This document shows, one piece after another, positions 11,887 to 24,171 of a stretch of DNA of 64,000 bases. The translations under genes and the position numbers were made by a program. The notes under the pieces were generated by a model. That model was given only the letters and a program-made list of their open reading frames with translations, did not search any database and was not told the DNA's origin. The stretch lies in NCBI RefSeq assembly GCF_004010195.1, contig NC_057756.1:6742304-6806303 (forward strand), in the 5' to 3' direction. Position 1 is the stretch's first letter. Every line of letters starts with the position of its first letter. Source of the DNA: Chiloscyllium plagiosum (taxonomy: Eukaryota).

Positions 11887-12740
11887 NNNNNNNNNNNNNN
11901 NNNNNNNNNNNNNNNNNNNNNNNNNNNNNNNNNNNNNNNNNNNNNNNNNNNNNNNNNNNNNNNNNNNNNNNNNNNNNNNNNNNNNNNNNNNNNNNNNNNN
12001 NNNNNNNNNNNNNNNNNNNNNNNNNNNNNNNNNNNNNNNNNNNNNNNNNNNNNNNNNNNNNNNNNNNNNNNNNNNNNNNNNNNNNNNNNNNNNNNNNNNN
12101 NNNNNNNNNNNNNNNNNNNNNNNNNNNNNNNNNNNNNNNNNNNNNNNNNNNNNNNNNNNNNNNNNNNNNNNNNNNNNNNNNNNNNNNNNNNNNNNNNNNN
12201 NNNNNNNNNNNNNNNNNNNNNNNNNNNNNNNNNNNNNNNNNNNNNNNNNNNNNNNNNNNNNNNNNNNNNNNNNNNNNNNNNNNNNNNNNNNNNNNNNNNN
12301 NNNNNNNNNNNNNNNNNNNNNNNNNNNNNNNNNNNNNNNNNNNNNNNNNNNNNNNNNNNNNNNNNNNNNNNNNNNNNNNNNNNNNNNNNNNNNNNNNNNN
12401 NNNNNNNNNNNNNNNNNNNNNNNNNNNNNNNNNNNNNNNNNNNNNNNNNNNNNNNNNNNNNNNNNNNNNNNNNNNNNNNNNNNNNNNNNNNNNNNNNNNN
12501 NNNNNNNNNNNNNNNNNNNNNNNNNNNNNNNNNNNNNNNNNNNNNNNNNNNNNNNNNNNNNNNNNNNNNNNNNNNNNNNNNNNNNNNNNNNNNNNNNNNN
12601 NNNNNNNNNNNNNNNNNNNNNNNNNNNNNNNNNNNNNNNNNNNNNNNNNNNNNNNNNNNNNNNNNNNNNNNNNNNNNNNNNNNNNNNNNNNNNNNNNNNN
12701 NNNNNNNNNNNNNNNNNNNNNNNNNNNNNNNNNNNNNNNN
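11887..12740. other. Assembly gap (others: 10582-10583, 16337-16343, 35140-35286, 41981-42533, 46675-47170)
   Basis: N runs. Confidence 1.
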
Positions 12741-12898
12741 GACTGTGGGAGGAAACCGGAGCACCCGGAGGAAACCCACGCAGACACGGGGAGAATGTGC
12801 AAACTCCACACAGTCAGTCGCCTGAGTCGGGAATTGAACCCGGGTCTACAGGCGCTGTGAGGCAGCAGTGCTAACCACTGGGCCACCGTGCCGCCCAC
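12741..12898 (-). mobile_element. HE1-type tRNA-derived SINE, 5' part
   Basis: Minus strand gggcggcacggtggcccagtggttagcactgctgcctcacagcgcc...gggttcaattcc (A/B boxes) followed by tgtggagtttgcacattctccccgtg. Confidence 0.9.
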
Positions 12899-13339
12899 GA
12901 TAGGTCGGAGAGAGACAGCGAGGGACACAGACAGACAGAAAGACAGACAGATTGAGACAGAGACAGAGAGTTTGATTCTGGGAACCACACATACAGTCAG
13001 AAAATCCCGAGAGATTCTCAGCAAATATCCCCCTCTCTTCCCAGCCCAGTGTGTGTCAGGGGGGCTACAGACAGGCTCTTAGCTGCTAGTGTGCGACCAA
13101 TGTTGAATATTTTCAAACTGCACTGATACAACTAACAAGGCTTCAAACTAAAAGAGGTGAACAAACGAGGAATGGGAACTCTTTGCTGCCCGAGAATTAA
13201 CATCTAGTGGGCAACAAGATTCAAAAAGGTTCCTGTGCTGGGAATTAACATCCCAATCACACAGAGCCCTCCCCAAGGAACAGACTGACAGACGTTGCAA
13301 TTTGAAAGAGATTGCAGGTTTGGAGTCCACGAACCCCTC

Positions 13340-13640
13340 ACTGAGAATGGTTTGGAGATGCCAGTGTTGACTGGGGTGGGACAAAGTTAAAATTCACACA
13401 ACACCAGGTTATAGTCCAACAGGTTTATTTGGAAGTGCTAGCTTTCGGAGCGCAGCTCTTTCATCAGGCGGTTGTGGGGAATAAGATTGTAAGACACAGA
13501 ATTTATAGCAAAAGTTTACGGTGTGATGCAGTTGGAATTATAAATTGAAAAAGACCTGGATTGTTAAGTCTCTCAGCTTTTAGAATGAACATGTTGGTTT
13601 CAATTCTTTCATATAAATCTCAGAACTTTTTTAAAGTTAG
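13340..13640 (-). mobile_element. PLE family X terminal region with hammerhead motif (continues at ~15190-15340 and 19859-19927)
   Basis: Minus strand CTGATGA-aagagctgcgctcc-GAAAGCTA at ~13436-13468; the element is split by later insertions. Confidence 0.65.
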
Positions 13641-13647
13641 TTTGGTG

Positions 13648-15170
13648 AGAAAGTGAGGTCTGCAGATGCTGGAGATCAAAGTTGAAACTTTATTGCTGGA
13701 ACAGCACAGCAGGTCAGGCAGCATCCAGGGAACAGGAGATTCGACGTTTCGGGCACAGGTGTTGCACCTCCTGCGGTTGCAAGGGAAGGTGCCGGGAGTG
13801 GTGGTTGGGTCGGTGGGGGGTGTGGATCTGACAAGGGGGTCGCGGAGGGAGTGGTCTCTACGGACAGCTGATAGGGGAGGGGAGGGAAATATATCGTTGG
13901 TGCTGGGGTCTGTTTGGAGGTGGCGGAAGTGACGGCGGGTGATGCGCTGTACATGGAGATTGGTGGGGTGGTAGGTGAGGACCAGTGGGGTTCTGTACAT
14001 GGAGATTGGTGGGGTGGTAGGTGAGGACCAGTGGGGTTCTGTACATGGAGATTGGTGGGGTGGTAGGTGAGGACCAGTGGGGTTCTGTACATGGAGATTG
14101 GTGGGGTGGTAGGTGAGGACCAGTGGGGTTCTGTACATGGAGATTGGTGGGGTGGTAGGTGAGGACCAGTGGGGTTCTGTACATGGAGATTGGTGGGGTG
14201 GTAGGTGAGGACCAGTGGGGTTCTGTACATGGAGATTGGTGGGGTGGTAGGTGAGGACCAGTGGGGTTCTGTACATGGAGATTGGTGGGGTGGTAGGTGA
14301 GGACCAGTGGGGTTCTGTACATGGAGATTGGTGGGGTGGTAGGTGAGGACCAGTGGGGTTCTGTACATGGAGATTGGTGGGGTGGTAGGTGAGGACCAGT
14401 GGGGTTCTGTACATGGAGATTGGTGGGGTGGTAGGTGAGGACCAGTGGGGTTCTGTCCTGGTGGCGGTTGGAGGGGCGGGGCTCAAGGGCGGAGGAGCGG
14501 GAGGTGGAGGAGATGCGGTGGAGGGCACCGTCGACCACGTCGGGGGGTAAATTGCGGTCCTTGAAGAAGGAGGTCGTCTGTGTTGTGCGTATTTTGAACT
14601 GGTCCTCCTGGGAGCAGATGCGGCGGAGACGAAGGAATTGGGAGAATGGGATGGCGTTTTTACAGGGGGCGGGGTGGGAGGAGGTGTAGTCCAGGTAGCT
14701 GTGGGAGTCGGTTGGTTTGTAGTAGATGTCCGTGTTGATTCGGTCGCCTGAGATAGAAACAGAAAGGTCTAGGAAGGGGAGGGAGGAGTTCGAGACTGTC
14801 CAGGTGAATTTGAGGTCGGGGTGGAAGGTGTTAGTGTAGTGGATGAACTGTTGAACCTCCTCGTGGGAGCACGAGGTAGTGCCGGTACAGTCATCAATGT
14901 AGCGAAGGAAAAGATGGGGGGTGGGGCCAGTGTAGTTGCGGAAGATGGATTGTTCCACATATCCTACGAAGAGGCAGGCATAGCTGGGGCCCATGCGGGT
15001 GCCCATGGCTACTCCTTTTGTTTGGAGAAAGTGGGAGGATTGGAAAGAAAAGTTGTTCAGGGTGAGGACCAGTTCGGTCAGTCGAAGGAGGGTGTCGGTG
15101 GAAGGGTACTGGGTGGTACGGCGGGAAAGGAAGAAGCGGAGTGCTTTGAGTCCTTTGTGATGGGGGATGG
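13648..15170 (-). mobile_element. PLE family Y: 5'-truncated RT, endonuclease deleted
   Basis: ORF 13858-15006: MGTRMGPSYACLF...FLRYIDD...FLDL...YYKPTDSHSYLDYTSSHP; flanked by 12-bp TSD gttagtttggtg (13636-13647, 15178-15189); PCNRRRCNT joins directly to the terminal repeat at ~13757. Confidence 0.9.
13947..14456. repeat. Perfect minisatellite, 11 x 46 bp, inside the PLE ORF
   Basis: Unit ctgtacatggagattggtggggtggtaggtgaggaccagtggggtt starts at 13947, 13993, 14039 ... 14407. Confidence 0.97.
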
Positions 15171-15342
15171 TGTCATGGTTAGTTTGGTGTCATGTCGGCC
15201 CAGATAATGCATTGAAGGTGTGAGGTGTCCTGTGTGAGTCCCGATGGTCAAACTGATTCTAACCTAATAAATGGATTTCCAGAATCTTCCATGGAGCAAA
15301 ATAAAATGTAATTTTGCAAGCACAAATTGACCCCAAACATCT

Positions 15343-18300
15343 TTGGTCCAACCCGTCCACGCCGACCAGATATCCCAACCCAATCTAGTCCCACCTGCCA
15401 GCACCCAGCCCATATCCCTCAAAACCCTTCCTATTCATATACCCATCCAAATGCCTCTTAAATTTGGGAAAAGATTTGTAGCTCGGGTGCTCGTTGTTGT
15501 GGTTCTGTTCGACGAGCTGGGAATTTGTGTTGCAGACATTTCGTCCCCTGTCTAGGTGACATCCTCAGTGCTTGGGAGCCTCCTGTGAAGTGCTTCTGTG
15601 ATGTTTTCTCCGGCATTTATAGTGATTTGTATCTGCCACTTCCGGTTGTCGGTTCCAGCTGTCTGCTGCAGTAGCCGGTATATTGGGTCCAGGTCGATGT
15701 GCTTATTGATTGAATCTGTGGATGAGTGCCATGCCTCTAGGAATTCCCTGGCTGTTCTCTGTTTGGCTTGTCCTATAATAGTAGTGTTGTCCCATTGAAC
15801 TGATGTTGCTTGTCATCTGTGTGTGTGGCTACTAAGGATAGCTGGTCGTGTCGTTTCGTGGCTAGTTGGTGGTCATGGATGCGGTTCGTTAGCTGTCTTC
15901 CTGTTTGTCCTATGTAGTGTTTTGTACAGTCCTTGCATGGGATTTTGTACACTACATTGGTTTTGCTCATGCTGGGTATTGGGTCCTTCATCCTGGTGAG
16001 TTATTGTCTGAGAGTGGCTGTCGGTTTGTGTGCTGTTATGAGTCCTAGTGGTCACAGTAGTCTGGCTGTCAGTTCAGAAATGTTCTTGATGTATGGTAGT
16101 ATGGCTAGTCCTTTGGGTTGTGGCATGTCCTCATTCCGTTGTCTTTCCCTTAGGCATTTGTTAATGAAATTGCGGGGGTATCCGTTTTTGGTGATTTTGA
16201 CCACTAGGACTCATAACGGCACACAAACCAACAGCCACTCTCAGACAACAACTCACCAGAACAAATCCCATGCAAGGACTGCACAAAACACTACATAGAA
16301 CGTACAGGAAGACAGCTAACGATCCGCACCCATGAANNNNNNNCTCAGTGCTTGGGAGCCTTCTGTGAAGCGCTTCTGTGATCTTTCCTCCGGCATTTGT
16401 AGTGGTTTGAATCTGCCGCTTCTGGTTGTCAGTTCCAGCTGTCCGCTGCAGTGGTCGGTATATTGGGTCCAGGTCGATGTGCTTATTGATTGAATCTGTG
16501 GATGAGTGCCATGCCTCTAGGAATTCCCTGGCTGTTCTCTGTTTGGCTTGTCCTATAATAGTAGTGTTGTCCCATTGAACTGATGTTGCTTGTCATCTGT
16601 GACAAGCAACATCAACCCAAACTCTGGGTCAGATATGTGGATGACACCTTTGTAATCATTGAGAACACAGAAATAGAGAACACACACCGGATCATCAACA
16701 CCACCCTCACAGGAATCCGATTCACTCAAGAGGAAGAAAAGGATAACCAACTCCCATTCCTCGATGTGATGGTACAGAGAACACCGAACAGAGAATTCAC
16801 CACAAAGGTATACAGGAAAGCCAAACACACAGACCAAGTCCGAAACTACGAAAACAACCACCCCAACACACACAAAAGAAGTTGCATCAAGACACTGTTC
16901 AAAAGGGCCACTGCAGTACACCAGAACTGCAAAAAGAGGAAGAAGAACACCTATACAACGTATTCGCCAAAAACGGATATCCCGCAATTTCATTAACAAA
17001 TGCCTAAGGGAAAGACAACGGAATGAGGACAACGGAATTTGCCACAACCCAAAGGACTAGCCACACTACCATACATCAAAAACATTTCTGAACTGACAGC
17101 CAGACTACTGCGACCACTAGGACTCATAACAGCACACAAATCGACAGCCACTCTCAGACAACAACTCACCAGGACGAAGGGCCCAATACCCAGCATGAGC
17201 AAAACCAATGTAGTGTACAAACTCCCATGCAAGGACTGCACAAAACACTACATAGGACAAACAGGAAGACAGCTAACGATCCGCATCCATGAACACCAAC
17301 TAGCCACACAATCCTTAGTAGCCACACAATCAGATGACAAGCAACATGAGTTCGACTGGGACAACACTGCTATAAGAGGACAAGCCAAACAGAGAACAGC
17401 CAGGGAATTCCTAGAGGCATGACACTCATCCACAGATTCAATCAATAAGCACATTGACCTGGACCCAATATACCGGCTACTGCAGCAGACAGCTGGAACT
17501 GACAACTGGAAGTGGCAGATACAAATCACTATAAATGCCGGAGGAAACATCACAGAAGCGCTTCACAGGAGGCTCCCAAGCACTGAGAATGTCACCTAGA
17601 CAGGGGACGAAACGTCTGCAACACCAAATTCCCAGCTCGGCGAACAGAACCACAACATGTCTCTTAAATGTTGCAAGTGTACCAGCCTCCACCGCATCCT
17701 CTAGTAGCTCATTCCATACACGTACCACCCTCTGCGTGAAAAAGTTGCCCGTTAGGTCTCTTTTATATCTTTCCCCTCTCACCCTAAACCTATGTCCTCT
17801 AGTTCTGGACTCCCCGATCGCAGGGAAAAGACTTTGCCTATTTACCCGATCCATGCCCCTCACAATTTTGTAAACCTCTATAAGGTCACCCCTCAGCCTC
17901 TATCTACCTGCGACTCCACTTTCAAGGAGCTATAAACCTGCACTCCTAGGTCTCTTTGTTCAGCAACACTCCCTAAGAGTGTATACACTTACCATTAAGT
18001 GTATAAGTCCTGCAAAAATTTGGTTTCCCAAAATGCAGCACCTTGCATTTATCTTAATTAAACTCTTTCTGCCACTTCTCAGCCCATTGGCCCATCTGGT
18101 CCAGATCCTGTTGTAATCTGAGGTAACCCTCTTCGCTGTCCACTACACCTCCAATTTTGGTGACATCTGCAAACTTACTAACTATACCTCTTATGCTCTC
18201 ATCCAAATCATTTATGTAAATGACAAAAAGTAGAGGACCCAACATCGATCCTTGCGGCACTCCAATGATCACCAGGTCTCCAATCTGAAAAACAACCCTC

Positions 18301-19858
18301 CACCACCATCCTCTGTCTTCTACCTTTGAGCCAGTTCTGTATCCAAATGGCTAGTTCTCTCTGTATTCCATGAGATCTAACCTTGCTAACCAGCCTCCCA
18401 TGGGGAACCTTGTTTGAATGCCTTACTCAAGTCCATATAGATCACATCTACTGCTCTGCCCTCATCAATTTTCTTTATTACTTCATCAAAAAACTCAATC
18501 AAGTTTGTGAAACATGATTTCCCACACACAAAGCCATGTTGACTATCCAAATCAGTCCTTGCCTTTCCAAATACATGTACATCCGATACCCTCACGTTTC
18601 CCTCCAACAACTTGCCCACCACTGAGTTCAGGTTCACGGTCTATAGTTCCCTGGTTTGTCTTTACCACCCTTCTTAAACAGTGGCACCATGTGTGCCAAC
18701 CTCCAGTCTTCCGGCACCTCACCTGTGACTATCGATGATACAAATATCTCAGTAAGAGGCCTAGCAATCACTTCTCTAGCTTCCCACAGAGTTCTCGAGT
18801 ACACCTGATCAGGTCCTGGGGATTTATCCACCTTTACCCGTTTCAAGACATCCAGCACTTCCTCCTCTGTAATCTGGACATTTTGCAAGATGTCACCATC
18901 TATTTCCCTACAGTCTATATCTTCCATATCCTTTTCCACAGTAAATACTGATGCAAAATATTCATTTAGTATCTCCCCCATTTTCTGTGGCTCCACACAA
19001 AGGCCGCCTTGCTGTCTTTGAGGGGCCCTATTCTCTCCCTAGTTACCCTTTTGTCCTTAATATATTTGTAAAAACCTTTTGGATTCTCCTTAATTCTATT
19101 TGCCAAAGCTATCTCATGTCCCCGTTTTGCCCTCCTGATTTCCCTCTTAAGTATACTTCCTTTATACTCTAAGGATTCACTCGATCTATCCTGCCTATAC
19201 CTGACATATGCTTCCTTCTTTTTCTTAACCAAACCCTCAATTTCTTTAGTCATCCAGCATTCCCAAAACCTACCAGCCTTCCCTTTCACCCTGACAGGAA
19301 TGTACTTTCTCTGGATTCTTTTTACCTCATTTCTGAAGGCTTCCCATTTTCCAGCCATCCCTTTATCTGCGAACATCTTTCTGCAACAATCAGCTTTCGA
19401 AAGTTCTTGCCTAATACCATTAAAATTGGCCTTTGTCCAATTTAGAACTTCAAATTTAGATCTGGCCTATCCTTTTCCATCACTATTTTAAAACGAATAG
19501 AAGTATGGTCGCTGGCCCCAAAGTGCTCACCCACTGACACCTCAGTCACCAGCCCTGCCTTATTTCCCAAGAGTAGGTCAAATTTTGCACCATCTCTAGT
19601 AGGTACATCCACATACTGAATCAGAAAATTGTTTTGTACGCACTTAAGAAATTTATCTCCATCTAAACCTTTTAACACTATGGCAGTCCCAGTCGATGTT
19701 TGGAAAGTTAAAATCGCCTACCATAACCACCCTATTATTCTTACAGATAGCTGAGATCTCCTTACAAATTAGTTTCTTAATTTCCCTCTGACTATTAGGG
19801 GTCTATAGTACAATCCCAATAAGGTGATCATCCCTTTCTTATTTCTCAGTTCCACCCA
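15343..19858 (-). mobile_element. CR1 LINE (ORF2 EN-RT to 3' tail), interrupted by PLE Z
   Basis: Tail at 15343-15463 resumes at 17657; ORFs 18054-19678 carry GVPQGS, FADVTK, KSPGPD, SDH. Confidence 0.92.
15464..17656. mobile_element. PLE family Z (Poseidon/Penelope-like) with inverted rearranged arms
   Basis: RT WVRYVDDTF (16583-16996 +); GIY-YIG VVYKLPCKDCTKHYIGQTGR (17039-17422 +, also 15773-15991 -); TSD atg(c/t)ctcttaaat at 15451-15463 and 17657-17669; hammerhead-like motifs at ~15533-15572 (-) and ~17580-17619 (+). Confidence 0.9.
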
Positions 19859-19924
19859 ATGTGTAGTGCAGTGAGGTCACCTGTAGTGTGACATGAGCCC
19901 CAGGTCCTAGTTGAGGTCATCCCT

Positions 19925-21845
19925 GTGGAAACAGACCTTTTGGTCCAACCCGTCCATGCCGACCAGATATCCCAACCCAATCTCGTCCCACCTGCCAACA
20001 CCCAGCCCATATCCCTCCAAACCCTTCCTATTCATATATCCGTCCAGATGCCTTTTAAATGTTGCAATTGTACCAGCCTGCACCACTTCCTCTGGCAGCT
20101 CATTCTACACACATTCCACCCTCTGTGTGAAAAAAGTTGCCCCTTAGGTCTCTTTTATATCTTTCCCGTCTCACCTAAACCTATGCCCTCTAGTTCTGGA
20201 GTCTCCAATTCCAGGGAAAAGACTTTGTCTACTTATCCTATCCATGCCCATCATGATTTTATAAACCTCTATAAGGTCACCTCTCAGCCTCCGATGCTCC
20301 AGGGAAAACAGCCCCAGCCTATTCAACCTTTCCCTATAGCTAAAATCCTCCGACACTGGCACCATCCTTGTAAATCTTTTCTGAACCCTTTCAAGTTTCA
20401 CAACATCTTTCCAATAGGAAGGAGACCAGAATTGCATGCAATATTCCAACAGTGGCCTAACGAATGTCCTGTACAGACATAACATGACCTCCTAACTCCT
20501 GTACTCAATACTCTGACCAATAAAGGAAAGCATATCAAACGCCGCCTTCACTATCCTATCTACCTGTGACTCCACTTTCAAGGAGCTATGAACCTGCACT
20601 CCAAGGTCTCTTTGTTCAGCACCACTCCCTCGGACCTTACCATTAAGCGTATAAGTCCTGCTAAGATTTGCTTTCCCAAAATGCAGCACTTTACATTTAT
20701 CTAAATTAAACTCCATCTGCCACTCCTCAGCCCATTGGCTCATCTGATCAACATCCCGTTCGCTGTCCAATTTTTGTGACATCTGCAAACTTACAAATTA
20801 TACCTCTGCAGCTTTCATCCAAATCATTTACATAAATGACAAAAAGTAGTGGACCCAGCACCGATCCTTGTAGCACTCCAATGATCACCAGGTCTCCAAT
20901 CTGAAAAACGACCCTCCACTACCACCTTCTGTCTTCTACCTTTGAGCCAGTTCTGTATCCAAATGGCTAGTCCTCTCTGTATTCCATGAGATCTAACCTT
21001 GCTAACCAGTCTCCCATGGGGAACCTTGTTCAAATGCCTTACTGAAGTCATCTACTGCTCTGCCCTCATCAATTTTCTTTGTTACTTCTTCAAAAAACTC
21101 AATCAAGTTTGTGAGACATTATTTCCCACACACAAAGCCATGTTGACTATCCCGAATCAGTCCTTGCTTTTCCAAATACGTGTACATTCTGTCCCTCAGG
21201 ATTCCCTGCAACCTGCCCACCACCGAAGTCAGGCTCATTGGTCTATAGCTCCCTGGGCTTGTCCTTACCACTCTTCTCAAACAACGGCACCATGTTAGCC
21301 AACCTCCAGTTTTTCGACACCTCACCTGTGATATCTCAGCAAAAGGCCCAGCAATTACTTCTCTAGCTTCCCACAGAGTTCTAGGGCACGCCTGATTAGG
21401 TTCTGGGGATTTATCCACTTTTATGCATTTCACGACAGCCAGCATTTCCTATTCTTTAATATGGACATTTTTCAATATGTCACCATCTATTTCCCTGCAT
21501 CCTAAGTCTTCCATGTCGTTTTCCACAGTAAACACTGATGCAAAATGCTTATTTTGTATCTCCACCATCTCCTGCTGCTCCATACAAATGTTGCCTTGCT
21601 GATCTTTGAGGGGCCCGAATGTCTCCTTAGTTACCCTTTTGTCCTTAATGTATTTGTAAAAGCCCTTTGGATTCTTCTTAACTCTATCTCGTGTCCCTTT
21701 TTTTGCCCTCCTGATTTCCCTCTTAAGTGTACTCCTACTGCCTTTATACTCTTCTAAGGATTCACTCGATTTTCCTGTCCAAGCCTGACATATGGTTCCT
21801 TCTTTTCCTTTACCAACCCCCCAATCTCTTTCGTCATTCAGCATT
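19925..21845 (-). mobile_element. CR1 LINE, degraded with internal deletions
   Basis: ORFs 20171-21844 show CR1 ORF2 motifs (LEYCMQFWSP, QRDLGV, KVPHGRL, KGFYKYIK). Confidence 0.9.
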
Positions 21846-21864
21846 AGTCATCCAGTCATTCAGT

Positions 21865-22180
21865 TATTCAACTCCAACTTCAAATACCAGGAGGCGCAGG
21901 ATTAAGGTGAGAGGGGGAAAGTTTAAAGCAGATGTGCAAGGAAAGTTTTATTCCACAGAGAGTGGGAGGTGTCTGGAACGCATTGCTAGGGGAGATGGGA
22001 GAAGGAGATACAGTCACAGAGTTTAAGGGACATTTGGAGAGACACGTGAACAGGCAGGGAATAGAGGGATACGGACCATGTGCAGGCAGAGGGGATTAGT
22101 TTAGAATGGCATCACAGTCAGCACAGACACGGTGGGCCGAAGGGCCTGTTCTTGTGCTACACTGCCCTACATCCTCTATG
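21865..22180 (+). mobile_element. CR1 3' fragment
   Basis: NTRRRRIKVRGGKFKADVQGK and tail ggtgggccgaagggcctgtt. Confidence 0.75.
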
Positions 22181-22624
22181 TTCCCCACTATTATTTCCCC
22201 AGCCTCATTCTCGAGGGCTTTGTAACTGTTTCAATGGCCATGAATGTGCAAAGAGATGGAGCAATATCAAAGGCTTAAATGGCTCATTCCTGTTCTTGCA
22301 GTTACACAGAAACAGTGACTCGCATTCAAATGCCGAAATATCGAAGTTGTTTCAAAGTAGACTATTCAGTAACGAGAGAGCTCCGTCTGTGTTTCCGTTC
22401 ACCTCCTGCTCACATTTCAGGCGTTCTTTCTCCCATTGGGAGCTCTGAAGTGCTGTAAATTGTATCAAATGTTGCATAACTGCAGTTAGTTTCATTGCTA
22501 CCGCCTCTAGGTATTAGCTGCCCAAATCGGAGGTAAAATTACAGGTTGCAATAATAAGTGTGAGGCTAAGAGAAAACAGCAATTCCTGCAAATTCCTGAA
22601 ATTTGTAGACAGAGCAGGTTTTCA

Positions 22625-23474
22625 AGAGTCAGAGTCACAGGTGTGCAGCACGGAAACAGACCCTTCGCTCAAACTTGTCCATGCTGACCAGATATCCCAA
22701 CCTAATCTAGTCCCATTTGCCACCACTTGGTCCTTTTCCTTCCAAACCCTTCCTATTCATATACCCTTCCAGATGCCTTTTAAATGTTGTCATTGTACCA
22801 GCCTCCACCATTTCCTCTGGCGGCTCATTCCATGTACGCTCCACTCTCTGTGTGGAAAAGTTGCCCCTTAGGTTCCTTATATATCTTACCCCCCCCCCCC
22901 TCACCCTAAATCTATGCCCTCTAGTTCAGGACTCCCCCCAGTCTATTAAAAAGACTTTGTCTATTTATCCTATCCATGCCACTCATGATTTTATAAACCT
23001 CTATGAGGTCACCCCTCAGCCTCCAACGCCCCAGTCTATTCAGCCTCTCCCTATAGCTCAGATCCTCCAACCCTGGCAACATCCTTGTAAGTCTTTTCGG
23101 AACCCTTTCAAGTTTCACAACATCCTTCAGACAGGAAGGCCACCAGAAGTGCCCGCAATATTCCAAAAGTGGCCGAACCAATGTCCTGTACAGCTGCAAC
23201 ATGACATCCCAAATCGGGTACTCAGTGCACTGACCAATAAAGGAAAGCGTACCAAACGCTTTCTTCACTAGTGTAACGACCTGTGATTTTACTTTGAAGG
23301 AACTATGAACCTACACTCCAAGGTCACTTTGTTCAGCAAAATTCCCCAGGACCTTACCATTAAGTCCTGCTCTGATTTGTTTCTCCAAAATGCAGCACCA
23401 AACCTAAATTAAACTGCATTTGCCACTCCTCAGCCCATTGGCCCACTGATCAAGATCCCACTGTACTCTGAGGT
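22625..23474 (-). mobile_element. CR1 3' fragment, cut at 23474 by the ERV LTR
   Basis: ORF 22921-23268 KKAFGTLSFIG...RGDLIEVYKI; CR1 sequence stops abruptly at TGAAGA (23475). Confidence 0.9.
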
Positions 23475-24122
23475 TGAAGATCTACGACCCCTCTTGGTTC
23501 GAGATCGGCAAAAAGAATCAACGAATACGGTCTGTTCAAAAAGCAAGGGTCATTAGTTTATTGAATTAAGGTACCTTGATGCAATTCTATCCAGCAACAC
23601 AGAGATTAAAGCTTCTGTGTTCTGTGGTGAAGTTGTGCAATTACATTTGAAAATTACCATTATTTATATGTTTTTAAAGAGGTAGTACAGCCTAATTACA
23701 AGAAAGACCAATACAATAAGGCGACATGATTTACAACAAGTTAATCCATTGATATTTTCTGGCAAAGGGTTCTTACTTAGAAGAAAAGCCAACCAACTGT
23801 AATACTGTGACATGATTGACATCATGCTAATCCAATGGTATTCCTTGGAAAAGAAATCTTATTAACATAAATTGTCATGCCATGAATTAGTTCAAGGTTA
23901 GTTCAAATGGTCATTTAATGTGTCAGTATTCATTTTATGAAAATTCTATTGTCCTCTTAAGTTTGAATTTCAGCTTAATTCTGCAAATCAGCAGTCCAGG
24001 TTCACACGGTACAATCACTATTCTCAGCCATTTTATAGTTTTCTTTTAAAATTGAAAAATCATTTGGTGGTTAATAAAAATCTACATATACCTGTTGCCT
24101 AAATTCAAATTTTAGATCCTCA
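23475..24122 (-). repeat. ERV 3' LTR (~648 bp)
   Basis: Minus strand starts TGAGGA right after the PPT and ends TCTTCA; TATAAA ~23663-23668, AATAAA 23557-23562; homologous to 33790-34045 plus 34495-34725. Confidence 0.88.
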
Positions 24123-24133
24123 TTCCCCTCTTT
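24123..24133 (-). promoter_or_regulatory. Polypurine tract
   Basis: AAAGAGGGGAA immediately before the TG of the 3' LTR. Confidence 0.85.
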
Positions 24134-24171
24134 GGTCATTCTATGACCACACCATAAATGCATGGATCAAA

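Noticed and set aside
11751..13024. 300+ aa ORFs here and at 41828-42674 and 46611-47177
   Set aside because: They run through N-gaps
13947..14456. CRISPR-like array
   Set aside because: Head-to-tail identical units with no spacers, inside a eukaryotic retroelement
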